The notes beneath the pieces are model-generated. The model ran no database searches and was not told the origin of the DNA. It was given only the letters and a program-made list of their open reading frames with translations. From Tubulanus polymorphus (lineage: Eukaryota > Animalia > Nemertea): a stretch of DNA of 64,000 nucleotides. This document shows positions 9,567 to 22,815 of the stretch, in pieces. The stretch covers positions 4,464,001 through 4,528,000 of the forward strand of contig NC_134029.1 of assembly GCF_964204645.1 (NCBI RefSeq). Direction: 5' to 3'. Within the stretch, counting starts at the first letter, position 1. Every line of letters starts with the position of its first letter. Made by a program: the position numbers and the translations under genes.

Positions 9567-11537
9567 TATGGAAGACCTCAGACGACATACGAGATATGAG
9601 ATATAACATACGAGATATGAGATGCAACATACGAGATACGACATATGACATACGAGATACGACTTATTTACAGTCCGTCCGCTAGCGCCACCACAGTGTA
9701 TGTTTTTTCAATATTTACTGCATATAAATCGTTTAACATGGTGACGCGTACAGTCATCGTCAATTATATGAAAACCAACATAGTCAACATTTTACTCAAA
9801 CCAGAAATAGATTTCTTTTGGATAATGGACACCTGGACCGGACACAACGATATTAGGCCATACTGTGAACACCGTGGACGAGGCGCGCCGGCCGTTCCTC
9901 TCCCGCGGGCGACGAAAAGTTTTTCAAATCACAAAACTGAAAAGATATCAAACTGTTCAAGTTCATAATATTATGCTATTTCTTGTCTTCCTTTGGTCTG
10001 AAAACGGCCTGGTGTTCAGGAGCCGGGGTTCCGGTTACTCGATGCCTACAGAAAAAATAACTACTGTTCACCGCTCGCCGTAACCGCCGGCTTTTCTGCA
10101 TCAGAAATCAAAATTCTAAAAAAAACTCCGCAGCCGGAAATCCCGCCCCCCCCCTTGTACCCCTCCTCCGCTGTTTGACACCTCTGCCTGAGTTCTTGAA
10201 TCCCAAACAACCCGGGAACCCGCACATCACCCTGGTATCCAGATTAAGAACTCCCGTGCTCTCTCTCAAGGTTTGAAATCCCCAGCTAAATTCCATCCCT
10301 ATCGAGCTACCGGGGTAGACTGGTGAGTCCACTAGACCAGCCGTTGAGAGTCGAGACTGGCCAGTTTTCGCTAAATGTCAGGGCAGTATGCGGCACTGTC
10401 TTTCTGAAGCCATAGTTTGGGGTCCTCCCCTGAAAATTTGTTCAATTTAGGTACTTGTGTATTCTGAAGGCTTTTTGGCTATCTTTCTTTTCCGACATCT
10501 TTCATGAAAAGGGCCAATGGCTGAATCTGAATAACTTTCATAATCGGAGAATCCAATTTAAGATCATTCTTATCAATTATCATGGCCAGTTTTAAAACTG
10601 TTTATTGACAAAAGTACAGGAACCACATAAATAAGTCTTCAGCAAAACACAACAGCTCTTACATTTGTAAAGATAAGAGATCCATGGAAATATCAAGTAA
10701 CATTTCTTTAGACAGGGAATTAGCGGAACACCGGAACGTTGCTCGTATGGTGTGTTTGCACCCGTCGCAAAAAAACGTCGTGATAAACGAAATCAGCTGG
10801 ACTAGGGCCAGGAGCTGAGAGTGATACAATGGAACTCCATTCTGATATTTAATGAATAATTCATTCAATAAATTTATGATATCTTTAGTATTCTTAATTC
10901 ATGTCCATGTTTCAATTCATTTGTTGAAATCATAGTACACTAAACAGATTCCGCGTGTGTCGGACTTTTTTAAGACTCTTTGGTCATCGGCATTCGTAAT
11001 ATACATACATCTCTCATTCTTCATCGAAAACACTCGATCGAACGCGAAGTTTAAACCCTTGACTAGGCGCAATTCTTAATTACCACCAATTTGAAGGGCC
11101 ATGGCTAACTCTTTTTGAGGGATTTTTGTACACCCAAAAATGGAATTTGAGGCGTTTTTGGTGGATTTAGGGGCTGTAGCCCCGTATTTGGAGCCAACTC
11201 GAATCACCGGACCATCGGTGTCTCACACTAAGAGTGGCCCACTGACGTCACAGCGAGAAGCCGGTCCCCGGGAGTGGTTGATCGAATATTTTTAAATATT
11301 TTTATTTTCAAATGAAACGTTTTTCGCTTATTGATATTCATAGTTAATGTACGCCACTGCCTGCGCACGTGTCGTAGTATACGCCGAGTAGATGTTGAAA
11401 AATATACACTGCGGTGGCGCTAGCGGACGGACACCCGTACTGTAAATAACGCATGTCATATGTCGTATCTCGTATGTTGCATCTCATATCTCGTATGTTA
11501 TATCTCATATCTCGTATGTCGTCTGAGGTCTTCCATA
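9567..11537. mobile_element. Non-autonomous DNA transposon with long TIRs and 6-bp TSD (IS3EU-like)
   Basis: Left end TATGGAAGACCTCAGACGACATACGAGATATGAG..., right end ...CTCATATCTCGTATGTCGTCTGAGGTCTTCCATA. The TIR extends about 150 bp through CCGTCCGCTAGCGCCACC. GTAAAG is duplicated at 9561-9566 and 11538-11543. No transposase ORF inside. Confidence 0.88.
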
Positions 11538-11752
11538 GTAAAGGCTACTGACGTGAATGGCTAAGACTAGTCTGGTACTATGTTGTATCGATTCAGCGCT
11601 CGTATCCATCGTCTGACTAACTACAAACCAGTCTTGGTGGTTCATTATATCCTACGACTAAAGAGCATCGTTTTGTGCTGGTATATTGTACCTCATCACT
11701 TACCAAAAATGGCCCTACCGAACCACGGAAACCGCACTGAAAAAATGCTTAC

Positions 11753-11767
11753 CTCTTCGTCCGCCAT
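11753..11767 (-). CDS. Probable first coding exon (MADEE) of the aerolysin-3xDED gene
   Basis: CCAAAG-ATG-GCG-GAC-GAA-GAG|GTAAGC has a good Kozak/YY1-type context and a consensus phase-0 donor compatible with the phase-0 acceptor at 7878. The total CDS of 2124 nt is divisible by 3. Confidence 0.6.
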
Positions 11768-12454
11768 CTTTGGTGACTAATAATGAACACTATAACCTAA
11801 TAACAGGGTCAATGTATGATTGCTTCTGGGAAATTTTGTATCCGCTTTCATAACTCAGCATTTGACGGAAATTCGCTTCGTTGATGTACATAGTTACGTA
11901 ATAACGTAACACGATGAAAATTATAGCGAAAGAAGATTTAGAAGAGTTTACTTGAGCAACATTCCTAAACAACAGCCACCATCGTAGTCAAATAATAGAC
12001 CGAAATCCCAGTGTTATATGGCTCCCAGCTCCAATCGATCAGTTAATCCAGTTTTATTCCTATTGTTCTGCTTGTCGATGGACAACGTCGTATAAAAACT
12101 CATGGTTTTCGGTTAGAGGGTGTCCTCAGCTAACAACAAATGTATATATCAGCAGAGGACAGATCCGCGCCACCAGACCTAGATATTGTTGGAACGTGAC
12201 ACCATTCTCAAACACACTTTACTACAAATAATCATCACAACCAGTATTTGACCTATATTATATAAGGTTTCATTTAAGTTTTATTTTTTGCAAATCCGGG
12301 ACCGGTGGCGCGGCCGCATAACGACTATTTCATTCTAGTGTCAATAGACAGCTGTCACCGACTTCCCATTGAAAATATTTAGATCATACGGTACTTGTTA
12401 GAGGAGATGCAATGACGTTCTTTGGATCGGCTTATCTTAACCAGAAACAGACAG
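11768..12454. promoter_or_regulatory. Candidate bidirectional promoter plus 5' UTR exon of the plus-strand gene
   Basis: Minus-strand first exon at 11767, a GC-rich patch at 12296-12325, and a plus-strand donor CAG|GTAAAT at 12454 that could join the acceptor at 13673/13680. Confidence 0.45.
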
Positions 12455-13700
12455 GTAAATTGCTAATTACTGATATGAATTCATTGAACATTGAAACGTT
12501 TTGTCATAAAAATCTGATATGCCTGACTGGCTTCTAGTAAAAAAACCGAAAATTCGAATTTTGGTAAATGATGTTTAACATTGCGCTATTTTAAGTTTTC
12601 CGCTTCGTCAAAATTCAGTGACCTGATCGTCGGTATCAGAGAGGCTGGAGCTATCCGGCCGTATGGACACGTGTGATCTCTGTGTAAAAATAACCTTGAT
12701 TTCATCAATTGAAAATAAAAACATTAGAGAATAATTTCCAATAATCTAAAACTCTTTAAACAAATCGGATGGATTTCCCCCCAGTTATATACAAATGAAA
12801 CTATTGGCGATCTTCGTCGACTTGGACTGACTTCAGTTACTTCAAAAGTCACGAACGAAACGAAGCGTTTGAAAGATTTCAGGGGTGGGCTCATTATTGA
12901 CAATAATAATGACATTCGACCAAAACGGTTCAAGTAAAATTCACAATACGTTACAAAACTACGTCTTGTATATAGCACATATACACCTTCATTAATGAGT
13001 ATTTTACCACACTCGGCAGTGCACTTAACGTTAAATTGAAAAATTTTCAATTTGGATTATTCATAATATATTACCATATACAACTTCAGCAGAAGGCAAA
13101 AAGAAAAGGTAAAAAGAAAATTAACACAAATTTACGTATGTACTAATTTTTCCTCAACATTTTCTAAAATGAATGATAAACAAATCTTCATGATTGTTAA
13201 TCCTTCGAATCAAAACGTGCCAATTTATTGTAGGAGTGCTTAAAACTCAAAAATAGAAATTTACGTCGTATTCAAATATATCTGAAATCTGAACTTGTTT
13301 AATATAAAGAGTATAAGAGATAAATGTAGGGATTTACGTTTCTGTTTTTAGTTCTACGTTTAAGTTTTAAGTTTGCGACCTTTTTCTTACTGGCAATGGG
13401 CAAAAACAGTTGGGGATATTGCCAACAACAGTCTATAAATTGAAATCATACAAAATGTTCACGCTTTTAATGTATGTAACAACAAAACTGTTGTCAACAA
13501 ACTCGCTGCTACTTAACATTTCACCATTATTGCTGTTAAAAACGATTATGGGTAGCTGTGAATTCCTGTAAATTCTAAATTCCAAAAGGTTAAAACGAAT
13601 ATTTTCATTTTTCGACATATAAGTGATCAATTCCTATTCCACTTCATTACATTGGTTTTTTCTTCTCTTCTAGCTTTCAGCGAAATCTCATTCGGCGAAA

Positions 13701-14735
13701 ATGTCGGTGACAACTATCAAAGTGACCGATTCAGAAAAATCACCGGCGATTTATTCAACTAATTGGAAAGAGCAAGTACTCCTGAAGCGACGCCTAGCGG
13801 ACATTGAACGTACCAAGATGACGGTAGCTCAAAGAATTACTCTGGACCAGCGAATTATGTATAAAAGGTTTCAACAGAAGAGGTTTCATTCGGAATTGAC
13901 GCATGCGCGCGTTATGGGCGACAAAGAAAGCGAGCGGTCGCTTCGGGAGAATTCAGCGTACAATTTTAACACTAACTGCGGCATCAACGAAGAGGAAGAT
14001 TCGATTTTACAAAAGATCTTGCAAAGACGGCCTCCGAGTTCGGCGGCTGCGTCAGTGCACCGATCGAGAAGCGTGCCACCCACTGCCGAAAAGTCGCACC
14101 GTAGAAAATCGAACGTCATTGCAACCGCCGGGAACAATTCAAACAAGGTTCGACCGTCAACTTGTTATCCATCATCTACCAGCAAAACCGGGGATTATCT
14201 GAACACGTCTACGCGATCTCAGTCGCGACCTGATATTTCCAAACAGGAGTTGATACTAAATGCATTTGCCGATAACGCCGACGATAGGGGAGCGAAAACC
14301 CCGGAGTCACCAGTAGACAATCAGGACACGACTAGATCGAAAGCCATGAGTATTTTCGAGGACCCGGATGAGCGCCATCGAGCCATCTTGAAAGAAATCA
14401 ATCGCAGACGACTGCAGTCGGCGTGCTACGATAACAAAGTCAGAGATTTCTGTCAAGTTGTTGATAAAATGGATAACAAGTCAACGGCAGCCGCTTACGA
14501 CTATTACAATAAACGCTTGATCGAAGAAACGGAATGGAATCCGCTTTCGATGAATAGGAATATTCCGGGCACGCCTGAAACCGATTTTCTGAAACACATG
14601 GGCAATCTACGAGTGAAAACTATGACCATGAAATCAGTACACAGTCCCTATCTACCGAAAGCGACACCTATTACGGTGATGAATGACGTCAGAAGAAGAC
14701 AATCCAAACGATCTAGTTTGCAAATAATTGCGTAG
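13701..14735 (+). CDS. Uncharacterised 344-aa protein, single coding exon; N-terminal basic helical/coiled-coil segment and disordered middle
   Basis: Long ORF with more GC than its flanks, preceded by a polypyrimidine acceptor (TTTTTTCTTCTCTTCTAG/CTTTCAG) and AAAATG. EQVLLKRRLADIERTKMTVAQRITLDQR is helix-like. Confidence 0.85.
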   Translation: MSVTTIKVTDSEKSPAIYSTNWKEQVLLKRRLADIERTKMTVAQRITLDQRIMYKRFQQKRFHSELTHARVMGDKESERSLRENSAYNFNTNCGINEEEDSILQKILQRRPPSSAAASVHRSRSVPPTAEKSHRRKSNVIATAGNNSNKVRPSTCYPSSTSKTGDYLNTSTRSQSRPDISKQELILNAFADNADDRGAKTPESPVDNQDTTRSKAMSIFEDPDERHRAILKEINRRRLQSACYDNKVRDFCQVVDKMDNKSTAAAYDYYNKRLIEETEWNPLSMNRNIPGTPETDFLKHMGNLRVKTMTMKSVHSPYLPKATPITVMNDVRRRQSKRSSLQIIA

Positions 14736-16174
14736 GTCTGGTATTTATCGGATACGAGTTACAAGACTGTAGTCAGTTCGGGTGGCTATTTTGCAGCTAC
14801 GAAACCGAGTGTGACGCATTTTGATCCAATTGGCCACTGATGCTTACCAGTATTCTACTCGAGTTTGTGTAATTGCGTGTGTTTTCATTAAAATCAAATC
14901 AAAATATTCACTTTATACGCGATGGGTAATAAATGCTTTACTATACAAAAAAAAATATGACGTTTTTATATTTACTTGTACGCATACGAAACTGAATAAG
15001 ATCTTCGGTTTGAATCAGGTGAGACCTCCGAGCTATTTTTCTATACTGTTTTACTTGTGTATTGTTGAGCGTGCGTGTCATATTGAAAGGAGAGTTTTAT
15101 GAGTTTGTTGTTTGCCTATTATCGAATAACACGAGCCGCCTATTCGTCCGATAATCATCGCTTTGAAACCCGTTCTATTGGATGTTAATTTAGATTAAAT
15201 ACCAACAGGTTGTATGCGTCTAAATAAGGCATTCTTTCTCCATTCAGTAAAATGATAAAAGAAGAGAAAAAACCAGACGAATTTACAAGATAGAGTTTCA
15301 GGGATTTATTTATATAGAGTGGTTCTGAAATGTTCTGACAGTGAATATAGACTGTTCTTAACGTCTATCGAAGAATAGGCGTTTGTTTGCGTGTTTACAA
15401 GCACTAATGACATCCTATATCTGTCGAATCAATAACTGAAGAATTCGATATATTTGCGCGATAGCATCTTCGAAACTTTGAAAGAAATAGATTTTCCGTG
15501 ATAGGAAATCGATATTTCTAAGCGAATTTTGCACGATCTTTGCTGCTGTAATATGTAACAAATAAATGTTTACATAAAATGCCTTGATTGTCGAATTTCA
15601 GGCAGGTGTTTGAAAGTCGGCAGGTTGACTATACTATCGTTTTGGTTTTTGTTTACAAAGCAACGCCTGCATTGCGAAATCTTCGCTCAATTGTGAAATA
15701 GAAACGACTGTAAGACTTTCCCCGTAAACAACTCGCATCTGGCGATTTTGAATGTATCTTTCCTGGATACGTTTTGATTTATGGTGCACAAAAACCAGTC
15801 ATCTGATGGTGCGATGTGATCCACGCTGGATGGACATGGCTCATCATTCAACCCCAACGAGAAACTAATATTCAAAACTCGAAGTCATTCATCGAGTGAA
15901 TCTGTCTAATCTGAAATCGTCATTAATTTGAGGATGGATATTAGTTATATTCGACCCATTTACCTTATTTGCGAAAACGATTACCTCAGCTAATTACTTG
16001 TGTGGAATTATCAACGTTACGAACAGTGTATATAACAAAAAGATAAATAATCGTCTGCCACAATAGCATAGAAATTATCTGTACATTGGCCTAGAAAACA
16101 ATAACGCATTAATATCAATCAGACCCAGGGAAATTTATCCGAAATAATGCGTGATTTTCATTTATCCGCTAGCA

Positions 16175-16226
16175 ATGGATTCTAAAGTAGTTTTCATTAT
16201 TCTACTCATTTTGCCTTCTACGACAA
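16175..16226 (+). CDS. Candidate signal-peptide exon of the Ig-domain gene
   Basis: GCA-ATG, MDSKVVFIILLILPSTT + A|GTAAGT (phase 1). It joins in frame to the phase-1 exon at 52363, giving MDSKVVFIILLILPSTTTIG-LKPSF. Confidence 0.5.
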
Positions 16227-19200
16227 GTAAGTGATATCAAATCTCACGTCAAATGAATTGTAGGGCCTACATATGAACCATTTGAAATCCTGTTTCTGAT
16301 TTTTAAGTTAACAGTTAATTTGCTAGATTGTGGCTTAACTGAAGTCCAGAATGGACATGTCTTGGTCTACTCTTGAGTTGGATTATTGAGCTGGGGTCCA
16401 TTTTTCATCCGTGTATTATGTTATAACGATTTATGAAACTGAAAGCGGGTCCCAGGGGCACAAATTAAATGCATTTTAAAAATAAATTTTGGCTGTGACT
16501 AAGGTAGGATCAGACATACGTATGGAGCCGCCCTTGTCATAAGAGAGACGTGCTGATAATTTAATTATTCCGCAACGCGATTCAGAATTGGCATTAATTG
16601 AGAAGTGATCGGCGTTAAGCGAAGTGTGACGAAGGTGATATCGTTTGAAGTGCTTGGAACGGACAATTAACTGTTCGGGTTTCACGCGATCAACCGCGGT
16701 GTTTCAGGGCAATCAGTGGCGCATTCATACCGCGTAACAAACTCGCAATTAGAAACTCTTCGCTTAGACTATTTTCGATATGAACACATCAAAGAAACAC
16801 CGGCGACATCGATCATCGATTTTCTGAGCCTAAATCTCACCGGAAGTTTAGGTTTTTATGGGGAAAAGTACATCGACGGATATTCGTAATCAGTCAACCA
16901 CGAAACCACCAATCACGACAGCGCGTGTGAAAATCCATTACGAATTACAAGTGGAACAGAACATGTCTCGATAGAAATCGTTTACGCACGCTTCGAGTAT
17001 ACTGGAGGTAGATAAACCGAAGAAGCGGAAAGGCATCTCTCGAAAAAAAAAATCGAGAACTAACAATGATATTATAAGCGTAAATGGTCAAATGTTTTGT
17101 TTAAATCGATAAAAGCGAAAACGAAGCAAAATAACGAATAACGTCAATGAAGAAATCTCGCATAACATTTTTACTATATGCATTTGTGAAATTAATTCAT
17201 GATCAATGCATGGTTTATTTCCATTGAGCCACGTATTCTTATTACAGTTACACATTCTAGTTACAAATAGGCTTTTTTTTCGTATCGAATTTCACTTGTT
17301 AATTTCTCATGGAGAGCCGCGGCCTTATTCCCTGCGTCACCCGACTAATTACCACGAACCCGTTAGCGATAACGGAAGTTGGAGCCCCGTATCTGCCTTC
17401 ATTCAGCACACTACCGCGCATGACGTACATCGCATTATTTACCTATCACCGGGGAAAGAATATTTCGTCTTTTCTATATCACCAAAAATACATTAAAAGA
17501 GTATTTTTGATATAACGGATACGCAGCTAATATGCAGTTTGTAAGTTTGATTGGAGGGCCCTTTTTGTTACTTGATTTGGGAGGGAATTCTCGTCAAGTG
17601 GAGACTCTTGACCACGTAATATTCGTCTGGTAATATATACAGTTGGAACAATGTTATCTGATATAAGAAATGATAGAAACCCGGGCTACACGTAGAGTCC
17701 ATTCAGCCTCGTGAAGGGGCAATTCTGAATCAATTCCGATCTTCACGGAATATACGGCTGTCGACTTTTGGTCGCAAGAAGCTCATCTTATTCTTCGAGT
17801 GTATGGAAATTATTGACAATGTACCAACCAACCAACCCAAAGGCAAATATATTGTCGTATATGAAGCTACACGGATGAATATGTCGTTTGTATCCGCGAC
17901 GATGGAAATCAATTTGTATGACATGTCAGAGGAAAGAGACCGTCTGGAGACCTCAACATTATCTCAAACATGATGACAAAGATTCTCTTCTATCACATTT
18001 CATATATATACACGCGCATACACACGTTGTAAAGTCGGTACCGGCGCGTTGCTACGTTGCAGCGATCATTTCGTGTAACTTGTAAAGTGATCAATGCAAC
18101 TTGATACAGCTAAATATCTTATAAACACGCGTATATGTCGCTAACAAAAACACGTAGATCCTCCAGTCCTCTACGGTAGCGTCTAACATTCGCATCGATA
18201 CATTCGCAAGATATCCGACATTAAAAAGTAATGTCGCTGGTTCATTAGCAAAAAGAAGAAAAACTTGCATTGTGCGGACTGTGCACATCTGTAGGTGTAA
18301 AGCCACGGCGCTTCGCCCACGAGTGTATCTTGAAAGTGAACTGAGTCGCTTTGAGGCTGGCGATAATTCGAAAGTAGCGGCGCATCGGTGCTGATCGGCG
18401 GCGACAGAGCGACGGTGGTGCGCGATATCGGCTGTAGAATACTGGCGGTGATTTTCAACCAGAAAGGAATCGTTGATTTTCATTTCAGCGTTTTACGTGT
18501 ATTGATTTACGTTTTCCACGCACACAAGGCAAGCGGGTTTTGGACCGGAGCGGCGAAGATGCGACGCGCTGGACTTTTAGCGATATATAGGGACGAAAAT
18601 CGCGGGAATTATCTAAATATGTAAATAAATGAGCAAAACAATCGAATTCGGGTTTATCATAATAACTATTATTATAAACACATTCACCAGTACAGGATTA
18701 TCACAACATGAATCTATTATCTGGTATCATGGTGCTTATCAAAGGTAAACAATTTTCTTTTCAATTCGCTCTCATATTTTCGTTATTTTTGTTTTAGGAG
18801 GCTGTTTTCGAATACCGATTCAAAAACACGGCCACCACAACGGTAGGAAACGTTGCCAGATTTGCATCGTGCTCTGTTTCATATTTATTCATATATATAT
18901 ATATCGCATCGAATCTAAAGTTGAAAAAATTACGGAGCAATTTCTCATACAGTTTACGGCGGCGAATTAGTGACAACTTGTTATGCATGTCGTTAACATT
19001 AGCTATAAATCAAAAAGATTTACTACTTGCTAATACAGCTGGTTGCTTTCAGTCGGCCCGGTCGCTTAGGGTTTTGTATTGAGTGTCTCTTAAACGGTTT
19101 TCTACTAGCAGTGAATATTAATATGTTCGTTTAAACAACGTTGTTTTGCGTCGAACGTTGACGTTGAATCCACTTAGTACTCGCGAATTCGTATTTTTGC

Positions 19201-22200
19201 GTACACATCTACACACGTTCATCGAGATCGGAAACGAATGAAAAGCAATCGACTATAATGTACTTCTGACTGCATGATTTCAATCCATCGGTTTCAAGTG
19301 TGCGCCGTATAAGTGATTTAAACAAAAACATACATTATTCAACTCGATTCTATCGTGTTGAGAAAAATTATTATTAATCTTATTATTAAATATCATCCTT
19401 TGTAAAAAGAACTCCTTGAACTGCTTTGTGAAAGATGAGTTTAGAATAATTGAAATCACAGGTCATTTTGATGCAGTAGATAACGGTCATTTATGCCAGG
19501 ATTTTGGAGTTACTATAGAAACTTGCCTTAGATGACGATATTTACGCAATTCTCGAATAGTGGGGTAACTGAGGACTGGAAATGGGTGTGATTTGAGGGG
19601 GCGTTGGTTTATATGTCCTCGGTTCAAGAGAAATTTTCCATTACATACTCGAGTTCTTGCGAAACTTCAGGGCTCTTGTCGTAACGGTTTGCGCGAGTGG
19701 TTGGAGGTGTGAGGGAAGTTTAATGTATAACGGCTAAAAGGTCAATGATAATATGATACAGCGGTGGGCTCTCGCCAATAATGAGATATGTCACCTGATA
19801 CGTGTTGGCAGTGTACGGATGATAATTAAACTATAATTACCTCTTCATAACATATTATCGTACGTCACAATATCTCATACGACCGCGAGCTATGATGAGC
19901 TTTTATATCTTTGTATATTTTCCAGCTTCTTGCTTGTAACTTTTGTTTGCTAGATCACATTGTCTCAAAAGTATCCAAGGAAAAATATACATTTTACCCG
20001 CCGTTTCATTTTTAAATTCTCGTCACAATACGCTAAGTAAACTCACTTCCTCAAGTAACAACAATGCGACCTTATGTCGTCTATGCCAAATCTTGCTTGC
20101 GCCAGAAAAGCGAAAAGCTGACCCATATCGATATTCTTAAGAATCCGCACGAGTCATCTCTGAAAGGATCTTTAAGTCTCGCCTTGAGCCTGATCTGCCT
20201 GAGGCTCCGGTCAGGTAAGATGAAAATCACAAGACTAGAAGAGGTGTCACGACCGCGACAACCACAACGGTCACCGAGTATCCATCGAACTGTTTGCCTT
20301 AGAAGTAGGCAATATTGTCATTGAAATAGCACCGTTCTTTAAAAAGTTGAATTTATGTGTAACCATCTAGAAAGTGGAACGCAATTTCAAATCTTATTGT
20401 TTTATTTGCATTTCGACTGGTATCCAATTGAGTGGATTCTGTGTATAATATTATCATAGCGACCCAATTGAAAATACAACAACCGTAGAAAAAATCATTT
20501 CAAAGCATTGTTTTATCGTTCCCAAGAGGATAATCGATGATGTTAATAATTCACGACTAGGACTATGTCGGGGGTATGGGGGACTCAGAATAGCAGTTCA
20601 GATCAAATTCTCAGCGGAATATAATGCGTCACCAGCTAATATAGCTAAGACCGTTCGGGTGTATTCCGGATGTAGAATGGCGCTCGTAACCGCCTGTCGC
20701 ATTATGCATACCCGGACGGATGTAACAAAAATGATAACGGCCTATAACGATTCGGTTATACACTTCACTGATCGTTATGATCGGGCCCCGGTTTACGTAG
20801 AATAAGAATACGAACTTATACTAAAAATCAACCGAACTTGTACAAACGAACGTCACTAAAACTGCCCATAGTCGCATAGTCCATTCGTCAACGGTTGTGC
20901 GACTCCAATTGACCACAAAAACCAAGTCACTCGAACTTTTTTTGAAAACGCTGTCGTGTTAATGGCGACGCCTACGGTTTCTGGTAAGGCTAGCAATCGT
21001 GTGATGATACACTCTTCCCTATAGTGATAGGCATTCTATATCTGGTATATGTCGCTGGATATCATTATCTTGACGCCGCGCACAAACAGGGGGGAAATTC
21101 GTATTAACCGCACACAACAGACTCACTTAACTAATACTTCGACTCTTCCGGTATTTTGTACATCATTAACGCCGTGTAATGACGTCATACCGGCCGCCCG
21201 TCAACGACATACTTGCATCCTGTCGATTGGCAATCGAGTATCGTAGCGTTGGAATTATTGAATAATTTAACCAACGATGATTAAAGCGGCTCCTGTCATC
21301 CTGAATATACTAGTATCCCCTCACAGTTGTCACCTCCTGAAGGTGCACAGCCTCATTTAACTCATTTATAACCACCGAATTTCCAATAAAATCGATGTGT
21401 ACGTAAAACCATCAACCTTTTACTTTCTTTTCCTTTCTACATCAACCGTGTATATGTATCATGTATATAAACTTACAAATGAGGCTAATCAAAGGTAGTG
21501 GGATCGGTGCCTCAAAGTACTTTGTCCTTTCAATTCTTTTGCTTTGTTATTCGATTCAGTATTCTTTATCTTACCCAGTATATCAATATCAAATTGTCGT
21601 ATGATGATATGAATCGGTAGCTTTCTTTTTTATCACAATTTGATGTAAACATGTTAGGTAGAATTCGATTATTGATATTATTCGGATAAGCATGGAACTT
21701 ATCGTATTTGAAGAGGACGAGTGATACCGCCATAGTGAAACGTTATATCGTGTTCTCGTGTCGTGACTTCGTAAACGGAGAGAATACCTGAAAATTGAGA
21801 ACGCGTGATACACCCGTCAGATTGATTGCAAAGATACGTACATCTAAAAACGGCTTTATTTAACAGATGTCGTATTAACTTCGGCTAGCGCTATTCAGTC
21901 CAGATTCATTGTTTGTTCCCGTATAATTTACTTTGCTCGTTATAAATCTGAATTACATAAAGCCCGCAGTGACGCGACAGATGGTTTGGCTGATTCTAAT
22001 CAAACGCGTGCCGGAATAAAGAACGAATTAAAACTAACAACGTACGTATGCACACTTTTGAAAAACAAAAGCTGATCACACGAACTCGTATATGCCTACG
22101 GAGCCTATTTTCTGTCCTTTTCTTGTTTGTCGTATCGTCTATTGCATCAATAGCCCTCGTGTGTATATGTCGGGGTCGCCTATTTAAAGGCCGTCGCTTC

Positions 22201-22595
22201 GTGACTGGACACCCGTATCATAAATATCTGATATTTTTTTGAAAATAACGAGTTTGTTTTTATTGCGTGACTTGTCGTGAAATTCACCCGGCGCCGAAGC
22301 ACATTAAACGCCGACTTCGTTAATTCGATTATACATGATTCTGAATAAAACATGGCCGCGCGTCTTCTCGTTAGAGACGCCGATTTTTATAGCGTTACGT
22401 AGTTTCGAATATTAGGCCTACGTTCCGTTTCGCGCAGTATTCATTCAGTCAATACTGGGTGTTAATTTTTAAGTTGGGTTAGTTTACAATTTGCATACGT
22501 TTACGTATTGGTAGAAAATATCCTCTTATTAAATACTGCTACATTAGTTCGATCAGCCTGGAGCTTGTAACCGGTACTAGTAGATATCACGCTAA

Positions 22596-22815
22596 GGCTA
22601 AACAAAAATGATACCTTGTTTCTCCGCAGCGGCCGGGTCATTTTTGTGAAATATGATAAAATTTATAAACAGTTCATTTCTATAGCGGCCGGGTCTGTTA
22701 TGGTAAAATTGATCACGATTTTAAAAAAAGTAATGTATAGGGTAGATAGGCGGCCGGCCGGGTCAACATTTAAGCTCAGCAGAGCGGAGAAACAAGGTAT
22801 CAATTTTTGTTAGCC
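22596..22815. mobile_element. PIF/Harbinger-type MITE
   Basis: TIR GGCTAAACAAAAATGATACCTTGTTTCTCCGC ... GCGGAGAAACAAGGTATCAATTTTTGTTAGCC, TAA target duplication on both sides, and internal GCGGCCGGGTC repeats. Confidence 0.85.

Noticed and set aside
9583-9662. CRISPR-like or satellite-like recurrence of CATACGAGAT
   Set aside because: There are no unique spacers and the context is eukaryotic. These are sub-repeats inside a transposon TIR, mirrored at 11455-11520.
18388-18624. ORF as the coding first exon of the Ig gene
   Set aside because: It has no hydrophobic signal peptide after the ATG, and the available donor is phase 2, incompatible with the phase-1 Ig1 exon.
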